Part shown: piece after piece, positions 34,834 through 43,239 of the stretch
Layout: each line of letters starts with the position of its first letter
How positions within the stretch are numbered: the stretch's first letter is position 1
Made by a program: the position numbers and the translations under genes
Source: a virus
IMG/VR virus record: IMGVR_UViG_3300012984_000014
Coordinates: 1 to 64,000 of that record
Reading direction: 5' to 3' (one strand)
DNA length: 64,000 nt
Notes under the pieces: model-generated
The model's input: only the letters and a program-made list of their open reading frames with translations
Databases searched by the model: none
Told to the model about the DNA's origin: nothing

Positions 34834-35549
34834 AAATGGTCACCATCGTTGTCAAGAACCAGTCTACAGTCGTCACTGACGCTCAAGTCCGCGCCATCCT
34901 CCCGGCGCTGCAGGAGCAACTCGATCAACACCTCTGCCCTTCTTGGGACGTTGGGCCGTTCCACCTTCAATTCCGGGCGAAGGGCGATCTGATCAAGAAG
35001 GGCGAACGCCAGTTCATCTTCATGGATCACACCGGAGACGCGAGCGCGCTGGGCTATCATGACATCACCGTCAACGGCGATGCCATCAGCTACATCGGCG
35101 TCAAGGAGACGATGGACGACGGCGGCGAGTGGACCGTTACGGCTTCGCACGAGTTGTGCGAGATGTGCGTGAACGACCATTTGGACGACACGGAATATGA
35201 CGAACACGGCAACCGTATGTACATCAAGGAAGTCTGCGACGCCGTGGAGGCGGACAGCCTTGGATACAGGATTCACGGCGTTCTCGTTTCTGACTTCGTG
35301 CTTCCCGGCTGGTTCCAGCCCGAGGTCAAGCACACCGCCAAGCTGAGCTTCTGCGGCCACGTCTCGAAGCCGTACGAGCTGGCCGCGGGTGGCTACATCA
35401 GCTACATCGACCTGGCGCGCCCCGCGAAGGGCTGGCAGCAGATCTTCGCCAAGGAGAACGACCCCGTGAAACGCGCGGGTACGGCGCGCGGCAAGATGCG
35501 GGAGCGTGTCGCGCTGCATCACACGAAACGCAAGTCAGTATCTCACTGA
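34830..35549 (+). CDS. Zincin-like putative metallopeptidase (HExxE)
   Basis: ALGYHD, WTVTASHELCEM, EVCDAVEA and VSDFVLPGWF motifs. ATG at 34830 or 34836. Confidence 0.5.
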   Translation: MKMVTIVVKNQSTVVTDAQVRAILPALQEQLDQHLCPSWDVGPFHLQFRAKGDLIKKGERQFIFMDHTGDASALGYHDITVNGDAISYIGVKETMDDGGEWTVTASHELCEMCVNDHLDDTEYDEHGNRMYIKEVCDAVEADSLGYRIHGVLVSDFVLPGWFQPEVKHTAKLSFCGHVSKPYELAAGGYISYIDLARPAKGWQQIFAKENDPVKRAGTARGKMRERVALHHTKRKSVSH

Positions 35550-35572
35550 TTCAGCGCGTAAAGCCCTGGCGC

Positions 35573-35581
35573 TGGTAGAAT
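35573..35581 (+). promoter_or_regulatory. Candidate extended -10 promoter (TGnTAGAAT) for a leaderless helicase mRNA
   Basis: TGGTAGAAT ends 7 nt before the GTG at 35589. No Shine-Dalgarno is present. It sits at the structural/replication boundary. Confidence 0.3.
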
Positions 35582-35588
35582 AGCGCTC

Positions 35589-37109
35589 GTGCTGCAACTT
35601 ACGCTGACCAACCGCAAACTGTACGTGGCCGGGGCCGACTCGGCCACGATTCGCGCGTTGGAAGAAGCGACAAGTTACACGGTGGCTGGTCACTACTTCT
35701 CGCCTGCGTTCAAGAACAAGCGCTGGGACGGGAAGGAGCACCTGCTCACACTTTCGCGTCACGCCGGCTACTACGTTCCGGCCGGACTGTATTGCGACGT
35801 CATCGCTGTGTTGCTTGGGCGCGGCGTCAAGTACAAGCTCGTGGACGAGACAGAGGTGCGCCACATTCCAACTCCGCTGGAGTGGAATGAGGCCATAGTT
35901 CTCCGAGAATACCAAGAGCGCGCGGTCAAGACGATTTTGAACGCTCGCTTCCACCCCGGAGTCGGGCTCCTGAAGATGCCGATCCGCTCGGGGAAGACGA
36001 AGACAGCGGCGCGCCTAATTGCCACCGTAGGGCTCCCGACTCTGTTCCTGGTGCCGAGCCAGATGCTGCTGCGTCAGACGTTCGAGGCGCTCACCGAGGC
36101 ACTGCCGTCAACGCACATCGGCATGATTGGTGACGGCGAGAACGAAGTTGGCTTCATCACCATCGCCACACTCCAATCGCTCGACCGCCTCCGGAACGGT
36201 GTTGTGCCGCGCCGGAAGCCGCGGAGGGGCGAGACCAAGGAGGAGGCCAAAGAGGCGGAGGCGGAGCGCCGCGCGAAGTCGAAGGTGATGAAGCGCCGCT
36301 ACAAGGAGCTGTGCGAGGCGTTCGACCTCGTGATCTGTGACGAGGCCCACCACATCCGTGGCCAGGGCGACTGGTACAAGATCATGTACGAGATGGACGC
36401 GCGGTACAAGGTCGGCCTTTCGGCGACGGCCTACCCGGAGAATCAGGACGAGGCGGAGCGCGGGATCATCTGGATGAAAGCGACGTGCGGTCCAATACGC
36501 ATTGACATCCCAACGTCGGAGCTGGTGGAAGCCGGCTTCCTGATGCGCCAGAACGTCTACATGGTCCGGATCACGAAGCCGAACCTGATGGGCCAGAGGT
36601 GGAGCAATACGCTCCGAGAACGCGCGATCACTCAGAACACGAAGCGAAACAAGGTCATCGCGCGTCTGGCCAAGAAGTTCATCGGCGAGGGTTTGAAGGT
36701 ATTGATTGTGGCCAATCGGTTCGATCACATCGCGTGTCTGGAGGAGGCGCTGGATGCGGATGGCGTCGACTACCGGATCGTCACCGGTCGTGACAATGCC
36801 GATTCGCGCCAGGAGAAGGTCGAGGGCTTCGTCAAGGGCGAGTACGGTGCGCTCATCGGGACGGTCTTGGGCGAGGGGGTAGACATCCCATCGGTCGATG
36901 TCGTGATCAATGCCGAGGGCGGGAAGGACGACAAGGCAACCGTCCAGCGCCAGAGGAATCTCACCATCAGCGCTGGGAAGACCAGAGCGATTCTTGTGGA
37001 CTTCTTGGATGAAACGAACGAGTATTTCAAGAAGCATTCGCATGCTCGCCTCGAAGCCTACCGTGCTGAGTCGTCCTTCAAGGTACGGATCGCCGGCTCG
37101 GAGCGCTGA
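35589..37109 (+). CDS. Superfamily 2 DEAH-box helicase (UvsW/XPB-like)
   Basis: LREYQERAV, MPIRSGKTK (Walker A), ICDEAHH, GLSATAY, LGEGVDIPSVD and QRQR. Confidence 0.9.
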   Translation: MLQLTLTNRKLYVAGADSATIRALEEATSYTVAGHYFSPAFKNKRWDGKEHLLTLSRHAGYYVPAGLYCDVIAVLLGRGVKYKLVDETEVRHIPTPLEWNEAIVLREYQERAVKTILNARFHPGVGLLKMPIRSGKTKTAARLIATVGLPTLFLVPSQMLLRQTFEALTEALPSTHIGMIGDGENEVGFITIATLQSLDRLRNGVVPRRKPRRGETKEEAKEAEAERRAKSKVMKRRYKELCEAFDLVICDEAHHIRGQGDWYKIMYEMDARYKVGLSATAYPENQDEAERGIIWMKATCGPIRIDIPTSELVEAGFLMRQNVYMVRITKPNLMGQRWSNTLRERAITQNTKRNKVIARLAKKFIGEGLKVLIVANRFDHIACLEEALDADGVDYRIVTGRDNADSRQEKVEGFVKGEYGALIGTVLGEGVDIPSVDVVINAEGGKDDKATVQRQRNLTISAGKTRAILVDFLDETNEYFKKHSHARLEAYRAESSFKVRIAGSER

Positions 37110-37206
37110 GCGGCCCACGGGCCTAATTTGAGGTGTGCGGGGGACGAGGTAGGGAAAGCGGGGCGGGAATCCCCTTTGGATGATTATCGGGTCGGCCGTT
37201 AGGCCT

Positions 37207-37423
37207 GAAGCGGAAAACCGCTTAGTATGTGGATGCAGAGACGAAAAGTCCCGAGGCGAAAATGCCCGACCGCGGCGAAAAGTCTCGCCGAGCGCGCGGA
37301 TAAGCGCTAGGTTTCGTCGTTTCGAAACCCGACCGCCTCGCAACCGACGAGGCCCAAGCAGCCCGCCGTCCCCAAAGGATCGCGGGCTGTCCTTTTTACA
37401 GAGGCATGGAAGCGGAAAACCGC
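37207..37423. other. Dense array of at least 9 short stem-loops bounded by a 15-bp direct repeat: structured ncRNA or origin-associated element
   Basis: GAAGCGGAAAACCGC at 37207-37221 and 37409-37423. Stems at 37208-223, 37240-250, 37255-266, 37273-290, 37291-308, 37310-329, 37335-353 and 37359-389. Confidence 0.55.
37359..37397 (+). terminator. Possible intrinsic terminator
   Basis: 8-bp stem CAGCCCGC/GCGGGCTG followed by TCCTTTTT. Confidence 0.35.
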
Positions 37424-37445
37424 CTGGGAAAGATGGAGAGACACG

Positions 37446-37796
37446 ATGAACCTCGGCATGGGCAAACGACGATTCACCAAAAGCAAGGCGCACCCCGACG
37501 AGTTCCCTGGTCATGGGAACGTGGACCTGAACACCGCCTTCGAGGAGCTGAGCGCCTCCGCCTTCGCACTCTGGCTGCGCATCTCCGGCGAGCGTGAGGC
37601 GTTGGTAGAAGGACGGCGCGCCCTCGCCAAGCTCACCGGCTACAGCCAGCGCCGGATCGGCGAGCTTTTGCAGGAGCTAGAGCGCAAGGGTTATGTCGGT
37701 TTCGTCCCGGAGACTGGTCCAAGGCCCGATGGGATCGTGATCCACCGCCGCTGTGTCATCAGCCACCGCGCGGGCGTCGTCCGTCTCAGCGCTTAG
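37446..37796 (+). CDS. Helix-turn-helix DNA-binding protein (initiator N-terminal-like)
   Basis: LSASAFALWLRI...LAKLTGYSQRRIGELLQELERKGYV is a winged HTH pattern. Confidence 0.7.
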   Translation: MNLGMGKRRFTKSKAHPDEFPGHGNVDLNTAFEELSASAFALWLRISGEREALVEGRRALAKLTGYSQRRIGELLQELERKGYVGFVPETGPRPDGIVIHRRCVISHRAGVVRLSA

Positions 37797-37902
37797 AGCA
37801 TGACCAACCCTACTTTCCTTTGCATCGAATACTGATCAAAATCAGCATTCCAACGCACTTACCCAACCCAATTACCTTCTAACGATAGGAAGTCCAACAA
37901 AT

Positions 37903-39030
37903 ATGGCATCATCATCCGCCGCTAAGCAACCAACTTTCTACATCAACCCCGACTTCCGACGGAAGTTCATAGATGAGGAAAACTACATAGGCGGATGGGA
38001 GGAGTGCCAGGACGACAAGCCCAATAATCGTTGGAAGAAGGGGGAAGGGGAGGGGAACCTTATAGGAGGGGAGGGGAAGGGGGATGGCTCTCCAAGTAGG
38101 GGATCTATGATTAGGGAATCGTCCGAGCGAAGCGAGGACCAGGATGCCGAGCCGTCAAGAATTCGACTCGCCAAACCGGACAATTCCACTCAGGATGCTG
38201 CGCATCCTGCGCCGACGCGGCGGGTTGATATGTCGGCTATGCGAGCCGGGCGAGAGCAGATCAAAAAGCGAACTGCCAAAACGAACGCTGAGCATCGCAA
38301 ATTCGCCAAGGATCGTGTAGCAAAGAAGCCGATTGATTGGAGTCGGTTGGATCAAGTCGGGCGCCCGGTGGTCAGCTTCGACCCATTCCACGAAGACAGA
38401 CCGCGCGCCTTGCGAATCCTGGGAAGGGACGCCAGAGACCGTACACGCCAAGAGATCGTTCGCAAGTACGGCGTGGAATTCAGCCGTATTTATGTCAGGT
38501 ATCGTCGCGACGCCGAACGCAGGAAGACAGGAATCACGGCCCCGGACTACATGGTGCGCCACGAACGCGAGCAGAAAGCTTGCGAAGAAGCCGCGATCCA
38601 GTGTGTTCTCCGGGGAGTTACGCCACGCCAAGTCCTCGAATACTGGGACGCCAACATCAAGAACTACACAAACAATAATTTGACCATTCCCCCTTTGAAC
38701 TTTTTGAAGAGCGCGTCCGCGATTGATCGTGTGGCCTGCAGCGCGCTCGGGACCGTTGGGCGCATCGAGCGGACCAAGGCGGCTCCGGAAACCGTCAAGA
38801 TTAAGCCTGAAAACAGGAACACATTCAGCGGCGTTGGCGGCTTGGACATTAGACTCCGGCCGACCCTCGAAGCCGCCGGATTTGCGACCCAAGCCTACAA
38901 TGATCGTTACCTTCTGTCCATACAACACAATGCCTTGGCTGTTGCCGCGGGGAAATCCATATTTATGGCTGAAGGCCGCGTGCGAAACATGGTCAAGCAC
39001 GCCGCGAAATCGCTTTATAGTGGTAATTAA
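37903..39030 (+). CDS. Putative replication initiator / helicase-loader partner
   Basis: Directly upstream of dnaC and dnaB. Contains a KGEGEG...GGEGKG linker of the kind seen in phage initiators. Confidence 0.45.
   Translation: MASSSAAKQPTFYINPDFRRKFIDEENYIGGWEECQDDKPNNRWKKGEGEGNLIGGEGKGDGSPSRGSMIRESSERSEDQDAEPSRIRLAKPDNSTQDAAHPAPTRRVDMSAMRAGREQIKKRTAKTNAEHRKFAKDRVAKKPIDWSRLDQVGRPVVSFDPFHEDRPRALRILGRDARDRTRQEIVRKYGVEFSRIYVRYRRDAERRKTGITAPDYMVRHEREQKACEEAAIQCVLRGVTPRQVLEYWDANIKNYTNNNLTIPPLNFLKSASAIDRVACSALGTVGRIERTKAAPETVKIKPENRNTFSGVGGLDIRLRPTLEAAGFATQAYNDRYLLSIQHNALAVAAGKSIFMAEGRVRNMVKHAAKSLYSGN
38040..38083 (+). repeat. Homopurine mirror repeat with six G-runs
   Basis: G5-AA-G4-A-G4-AACCTTATAGGA-G4-A-G4-AA-G5. 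Confidence 0.85.
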
Positions 39031-39051
39031 GCCAATCCACTTCAAGTTACC

Positions 39052-39726
39052 ATGAGAACATTGGACGAATTGGAGCGATTCCAGCTCCAGATCAGCACGG
39101 AGCCAAAGGCACAAGAGCTGTTGGACTACTACAGCTCGTGCTACGAGGCTTGCATACCCAAGCTTTTCTGGGACGTCCAACGAACGGACGTGAGCCACAA
39201 CAAGGGCGCGTTCGACAAAGTCGTGGCGAAGTATTGCGCGAAGCGCAAGAAGGCGATGCGTCACGGGTACGGGTTGTTGTTCACCGGCGACAACGGTGTT
39301 GGCAAAACGATGTTCATCAGCTACATACTGACGCAAATGATCAAGCGCGGATGCAGCGTCTACTACACAACGCTTCCGCAGTTGGACATCGACATCAAGC
39401 GTGGGTTCAACGACCGCGAGATGGACAAACGCCTCACGCAGTACCTCGGAAGCGACTTCATTGCCGTGGATGAGCTTGGCAAGGAGCACTACAAGTCCGA
39501 GAGTTACCTGAACACGCGCTTCGAGCTTCTGCTCAAGACGCGGCACGACGACGGCGACCCGACGTTGCTGGCTTCAAATGTGGATTACGCGGCGCTTTGT
39601 GGAATCTATGGCGCTTCAATCCAATCCATGTGGGACGGACGCTATGTGGCTGTCGCCATGGAATCTGGCGACTTTCGCAAGACTCTCCAAGCGCGAGCCA
39701 AAAAAGACTTGGGGATCAAGATCTGA
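39052..39726 (+). CDS. DnaC/IstB-like AAA+ helicase loader
   Basis: GLLFTGDNGVGKT Walker A, IAVDELGKE Walker B, TLLASN. Confidence 0.85.
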   Translation: MRTLDELERFQLQISTEPKAQELLDYYSSCYEACIPKLFWDVQRTDVSHNKGAFDKVVAKYCAKRKKAMRHGYGLLFTGDNGVGKTMFISYILTQMIKRGCSVYYTTLPQLDIDIKRGFNDREMDKRLTQYLGSDFIAVDELGKEHYKSESYLNTRFELLLKTRHDDGDPTLLASNVDYAALCGIYGASIQSMWDGRYVAVAMESGDFRKTLQARAKKDLGIKI

Positions 39727-41129
39727 TGTTCGACGTCGAATTTGAACACGACATCGTTTGCTGCTCGCTCAAGGATGACCAGTTCATCAAGCGCGCGATC
39801 CGAATCTGCGACGTCCACCACTTCGGTTCCAAGGAGCTCTCTTGGATTTGGAAGGTGATCAGCGAAACCTGGAACGCCTTCAATGAGCGCCCGACGCCTC
39901 GGCTCATCACTGCCCGCGCCAAGGATGACTTTCCGGACGATGAGAAACGCAAGCCGTATCTCCAGCTGGCCCTCAAGCTGTTCAAGTCCAAGCCGACCGC
40001 TCCGAAGTCCGCCCTGGAAGAGTTGGGCAAGTTCGTTCGCCAAGTCAATCTTCAGCTCGCGCTCGAAGAGTCCGCCAAGCACCTGGAAAAGGGCAAGTTG
40101 GACGAGGCCGAGGCCGCACTGTACAAGTCCTCACGCATCGTCGTGGAGCGCAACTACACCCACATCGATTGGTGGAAGGACTTCGAGACGCGCCAGGCGG
40201 CCCGCAAGCACGAGCGCGAGCACCCCGAGGAGCACACGGTCATCCCCACCGGCTTGAAGACGCTCGACCGCGCGTTGGGTGGCGGATCTCGCAAGGGCGA
40301 GGTCGGGCTGATCATGGGAACGACTGGACGCGGCAAGTCGGTCCTGCTCTCCGGGATGTGCCACGCATCGATCGCGCGCGGGTTCAACGCCGTGTACTTC
40401 GCGTTGGAAATGCCCGCCAATCAGGTCGCCACGCGCGCGGACGCTCGTTGGTCCGGCATGAAGTACGACCAGTTCAAGAGCTTCGACTTCAAGCCAACCG
40501 AATTGCGAGAGCTCGAAGCGCGGCGGAAGCGCGGCGAGAAGCGACTGGCTGGAAAGTATCACATCCTGTCGATGCCAGTGAAGTCGGCTGACATCCGAAC
40601 GGTCAAGGCCGCACTCTCGGACCTTCGAGAGGAATTCGGGTTTGTGCCGTCGCTGGTAGCGGTGGACTCCGGCGACCACATGAAGAGCGTTGACCGGACG
40701 CTCGATCAGTACCGCCTCCAGCAGGCGGAGGTGTACTGGAGCCTCAAGCAGCTCGCAGAAGAAGAAGGCTATGTGCTTTGGTCGACGGTCCACGCCGGTC
40801 GTGAATGGGCAACGCAGATCGCGACCTCGGAGGCCACATCTGAGAGCTACGACAAGGCCCGCATTGCCGACCTGATCCTGTCCATCAACGACCCCAACGC
40901 CAAGCCGGGACGCCGTAAAAAGGCGATCGTTGCTGCGGACGACGACGACGAGGACGAGCCCGAGGAGGTCAAGACGGCTGACGCGGCCGAATCAGCGGCG
41001 CGGAAGCTTGAGCTGTATCTGGCCAAGTACCGTGATGGCGTGTCCAAGCTCAAAATCGAGTTGGACGCAGACTTCTCCAGGATGTTGTTGAAAGAGGTCT
41101 CCGAGACCACCGATGAGGCCGCAGAATGA
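39726..41129 (+). CDS. dnaB: Replicative DNA helicase, DnaB family
   Basis: IPTGLKTLDRALGGG, MGTTGRGKS, YFALEM, VAVDSGDHM, SESYDKARIAD and AKYRDG. ATG overlaps the previous TGA. Confidence 0.88.
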   Translation: MFDVEFEHDIVCCSLKDDQFIKRAIRICDVHHFGSKELSWIWKVISETWNAFNERPTPRLITARAKDDFPDDEKRKPYLQLALKLFKSKPTAPKSALEELGKFVRQVNLQLALEESAKHLEKGKLDEAEAALYKSSRIVVERNYTHIDWWKDFETRQAARKHEREHPEEHTVIPTGLKTLDRALGGGSRKGEVGLIMGTTGRGKSVLLSGMCHASIARGFNAVYFALEMPANQVATRADARWSGMKYDQFKSFDFKPTELRELEARRKRGEKRLAGKYHILSMPVKSADIRTVKAALSDLREEFGFVPSLVAVDSGDHMKSVDRTLDQYRLQQAEVYWSLKQLAEEEGYVLWSTVHAGREWATQIATSEATSESYDKARIADLILSINDPNAKPGRRKKAIVAADDDDEDEPEEVKTADAAESAARKLELYLAKYRDGVSKLKIELDADFSRMLLKEVSETTDEAAE

Positions 41130-41356
41130 AGCATGAATGGGTGCAAGATTCAAGGGTTCCGGAGCCGACTACAAAGCATGAAGGCTGGAAGCCTGCAGAG
41201 AAGTGCGCAAAATGTGGCGTTTCTCGCTCGTACGTGGCTTGTTTCTTTCCGAATAATCCAGACGAAGGATGCGAAGGCAATTCGTTTGGTTGCAACCCGT
41301 TCGTAATAATGTTGATTTTGTTGTCGATAGGCGCATTGATAAAGGTGTTCAAGTGA
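41126..41356 (+). CDS. Small hypothetical protein (Cys motifs, C-terminal hydrophobic helix)
   Basis: ATGA overlaps at both ends. CAKC plus further Cys. Confidence 0.45.
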   Translation: MKHEWVQDSRVPEPTTKHEGWKPAEKCAKCGVSRSYVACFFPNNPDEGCEGNSFGCNPFVIMLILLSIGALIKVFK

Positions 41357-42099
41357 GCACTGTGGCGTCCATCATCGAAGATCTGAAGCTGCACGACCGC
41401 CTCCGAATCGCCTTGGAGCGTCGGGAGCACGAGAACGTGATCGTCATGCAGGCGGACGCGCTGACAGCGCTCCGCGCGCTCCCGAGCGAGTCCATTGATC
41501 TGTTCAACTTTGACCTCCCGTACGAATCGCTGGAGAAGCATCGCGCGGTCGGCTCGACGACGCGCTTGAGCCACTCCACCAAGTCCAGCAACGATTGGTT
41601 CGGCGTGTTCCCCAACGCGCTGTTCCCCGAGATGCTGAAGGAGATGTTCCGCGCGCTCAAGCCGAATCGCCACCTATACGCCTGGTGCGATGACGAAACC
41701 AGCGACATTCTGAAGGCGGACCTAACGGCCGCGGGATTCAAGGTGTGGAAGCGACTCGTCTGGGACAAGCAGATGATCGGCATGGGGTACCACTACCGCG
41801 CGCGCTACGAGTTCATTTTGTTCGCAGAGAAGGGCAAGCGCCGCGTCGCTGACCTCGGCGTGCCTGATGTTCTGAGCTTCAAACGGATCAAGAACAAGGA
41901 TGCCTATCCAGCGGAGAAACCCGTGGAGATCAACGAGATCTTGACGCGCCAAAGCTCACTCTCCGGAGAGGTCGTGTGCGATCCATTCTGCGGAAGCGGC
42001 TCGGCCGGGAAGGCGGCGCAGAATCTCGGCCGTCGTTTCGTCGGCTTCGACGTCTCGCCCGAGGCTGTCCGCCGAACACGAGAGCGGCTTGGCCTCTGA
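41353..42099 (+). CDS. DNA amino-methyltransferase (N6-adenine/N4-cytosine, beta class)
   Basis: Catalytic motif IV variant DLPY, IVWDK-like LVWDK, YPAEKP, and SAM motif I VCDPFCGSGS in beta order. GTG start overlaps the previous stop. Confidence 0.85.
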   Translation: MSTVASIIEDLKLHDRLRIALERREHENVIVMQADALTALRALPSESIDLFNFDLPYESLEKHRAVGSTTRLSHSTKSSNDWFGVFPNALFPEMLKEMFRALKPNRHLYAWCDDETSDILKADLTAAGFKVWKRLVWDKQMIGMGYHYRARYEFILFAEKGKRRVADLGVPDVLSFKRIKNKDAYPAEKPVEINEILTRQSSLSGEVVCDPFCGSGSAGKAAQNLGRRFVGFDVSPEAVRRTRERLGL

Positions 42100-43165
42100 G
42101 TTCGACATCTCGGACTACCTGGAAGGCGCGCTGAAAAGGCCGAAACCATCGGCCAACAACGAGCTGACCGCGGAGTGCCCTAGCTGCGAGAAGTGGGGCA
42201 AGTTCTACGTTAACCGCGAGTCGGGCCGCTACGTGTGCTTCAGCTGCGAGTTCCGTGGCAAGTCCATTGTCGGGCTCGTGGCGCAACTCGAAGGCCTGGA
42301 CTGGAGCGAGGCTCGGAGCTTCGTGTTCAAGCGCGCGGTCAAGTTCCGTCGGCGCGAGTCGCTTCTCAGCCTGAGCGATCGCATCCGCCTCATTCGGCCG
42401 GGTGCGGAGGTCGAAGAAGATGCGCCGACCGGACCGGTTGACTTCCCGGTGCCCAAGGGCGTCACGCCGGTTTGGAGCGAGAAGGGTGAATGGCGTCTGC
42501 CGCCCTACCTGAAGGACCGTGGCATCAAGAGTCGAACGGCCAAGGCTTGGGGCATGGGATACGTGATGGGGCGCCTCTGGCTGGACTTCCCGGGCCGTGA
42601 CAAGCCGTTCTGCTTGGCCCAACGCCTCGTGATTCCCATCAAGTGCCCGGCCGGACGCTCTTGGACGGCGCGCGACATGGACGCGGGCGGCATCCCGAAA
42701 TACCTGAATCCGCCATCCGCAGATCATCGCAGGCTGCTCATCGGCTGGAACGTGGCACGCCTGACAGGCGACCTGGTGATTTGCGAGGGTCCTCTGGACG
42801 CCGTTCGCCTCTGGCAGCACGACATCACCGCTGTGGCGCTAGGTGGCAAGGAATTGCACGACGAGCAGTTGGCCATGCTAACCGATTTGAGCCCGGAGAC
42901 GGCGGTCACGGTCATGCTGGACCCGGAGGAGCAGATTGCCCCGCTAAACGTGGCGCAACGGCTGTCTCTTCACTTCAAGTCCATTTATATGGCCAAACTT
43001 CCGTTAGGGGTTGACCCCGGATCGTCAACGCGCGAAGAGGCGCACGCCGCGGTTGACAGCGCCAAGAAGTGGTCTGGAGGACGGGCGCCGTTGCTCAGCG
43101 CTTTGCTAGAGCGCTCGCGGGCCTCCATAGATTCCAGGCATTCAAAAAAAGTTCATAAGAGCTGA
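42089..43165 (+). CDS. DNA primase (zinc ribbon plus TOPRIM)
   Basis: CPSC...CFSC zinc ribbon, PKYLNP, VICEGPLDA and VALGG. Confidence 0.85.
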   Translation: MASEFDISDYLEGALKRPKPSANNELTAECPSCEKWGKFYVNRESGRYVCFSCEFRGKSIVGLVAQLEGLDWSEARSFVFKRAVKFRRRESLLSLSDRIRLIRPGAEVEEDAPTGPVDFPVPKGVTPVWSEKGEWRLPPYLKDRGIKSRTAKAWGMGYVMGRLWLDFPGRDKPFCLAQRLVIPIKCPAGRSWTARDMDAGGIPKYLNPPSADHRRLLIGWNVARLTGDLVICEGPLDAVRLWQHDITAVALGGKELHDEQLAMLTDLSPETAVTVMLDPEEQIAPLNVAQRLSLHFKSIYMAKLPLGVDPGSSTREEAHAAVDSAKKWSGGRAPLLSALLERSRASIDSRHSKKVHKS

Positions 43166-43239
43166 AAAAAAGTCTCGCCTTGTAAGCAAGGTCGCGCTAG
43201 TAATCCCTTCAAGTGAAGGCCGTGACCAAAGGAACCAAA

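Noticed and set aside
37796-37903. Programmed frameshift or readthrough joining the HTH and initiator-like ORFs
   Set aside because: TAG at 37794-96 and TGA at 37801-03 close the two frames with no open overlap or slippery site.
43180-43204. Sigma-70 promoter (TTGTAA...TAGTAAT) upstream of the AAA gene
   Set aside because: The spacing is too short and there is no proper TAnnnT at 16-18 bp. It overlaps a small inverted repeat (CCTTG/CAAGG) of unclear meaning.
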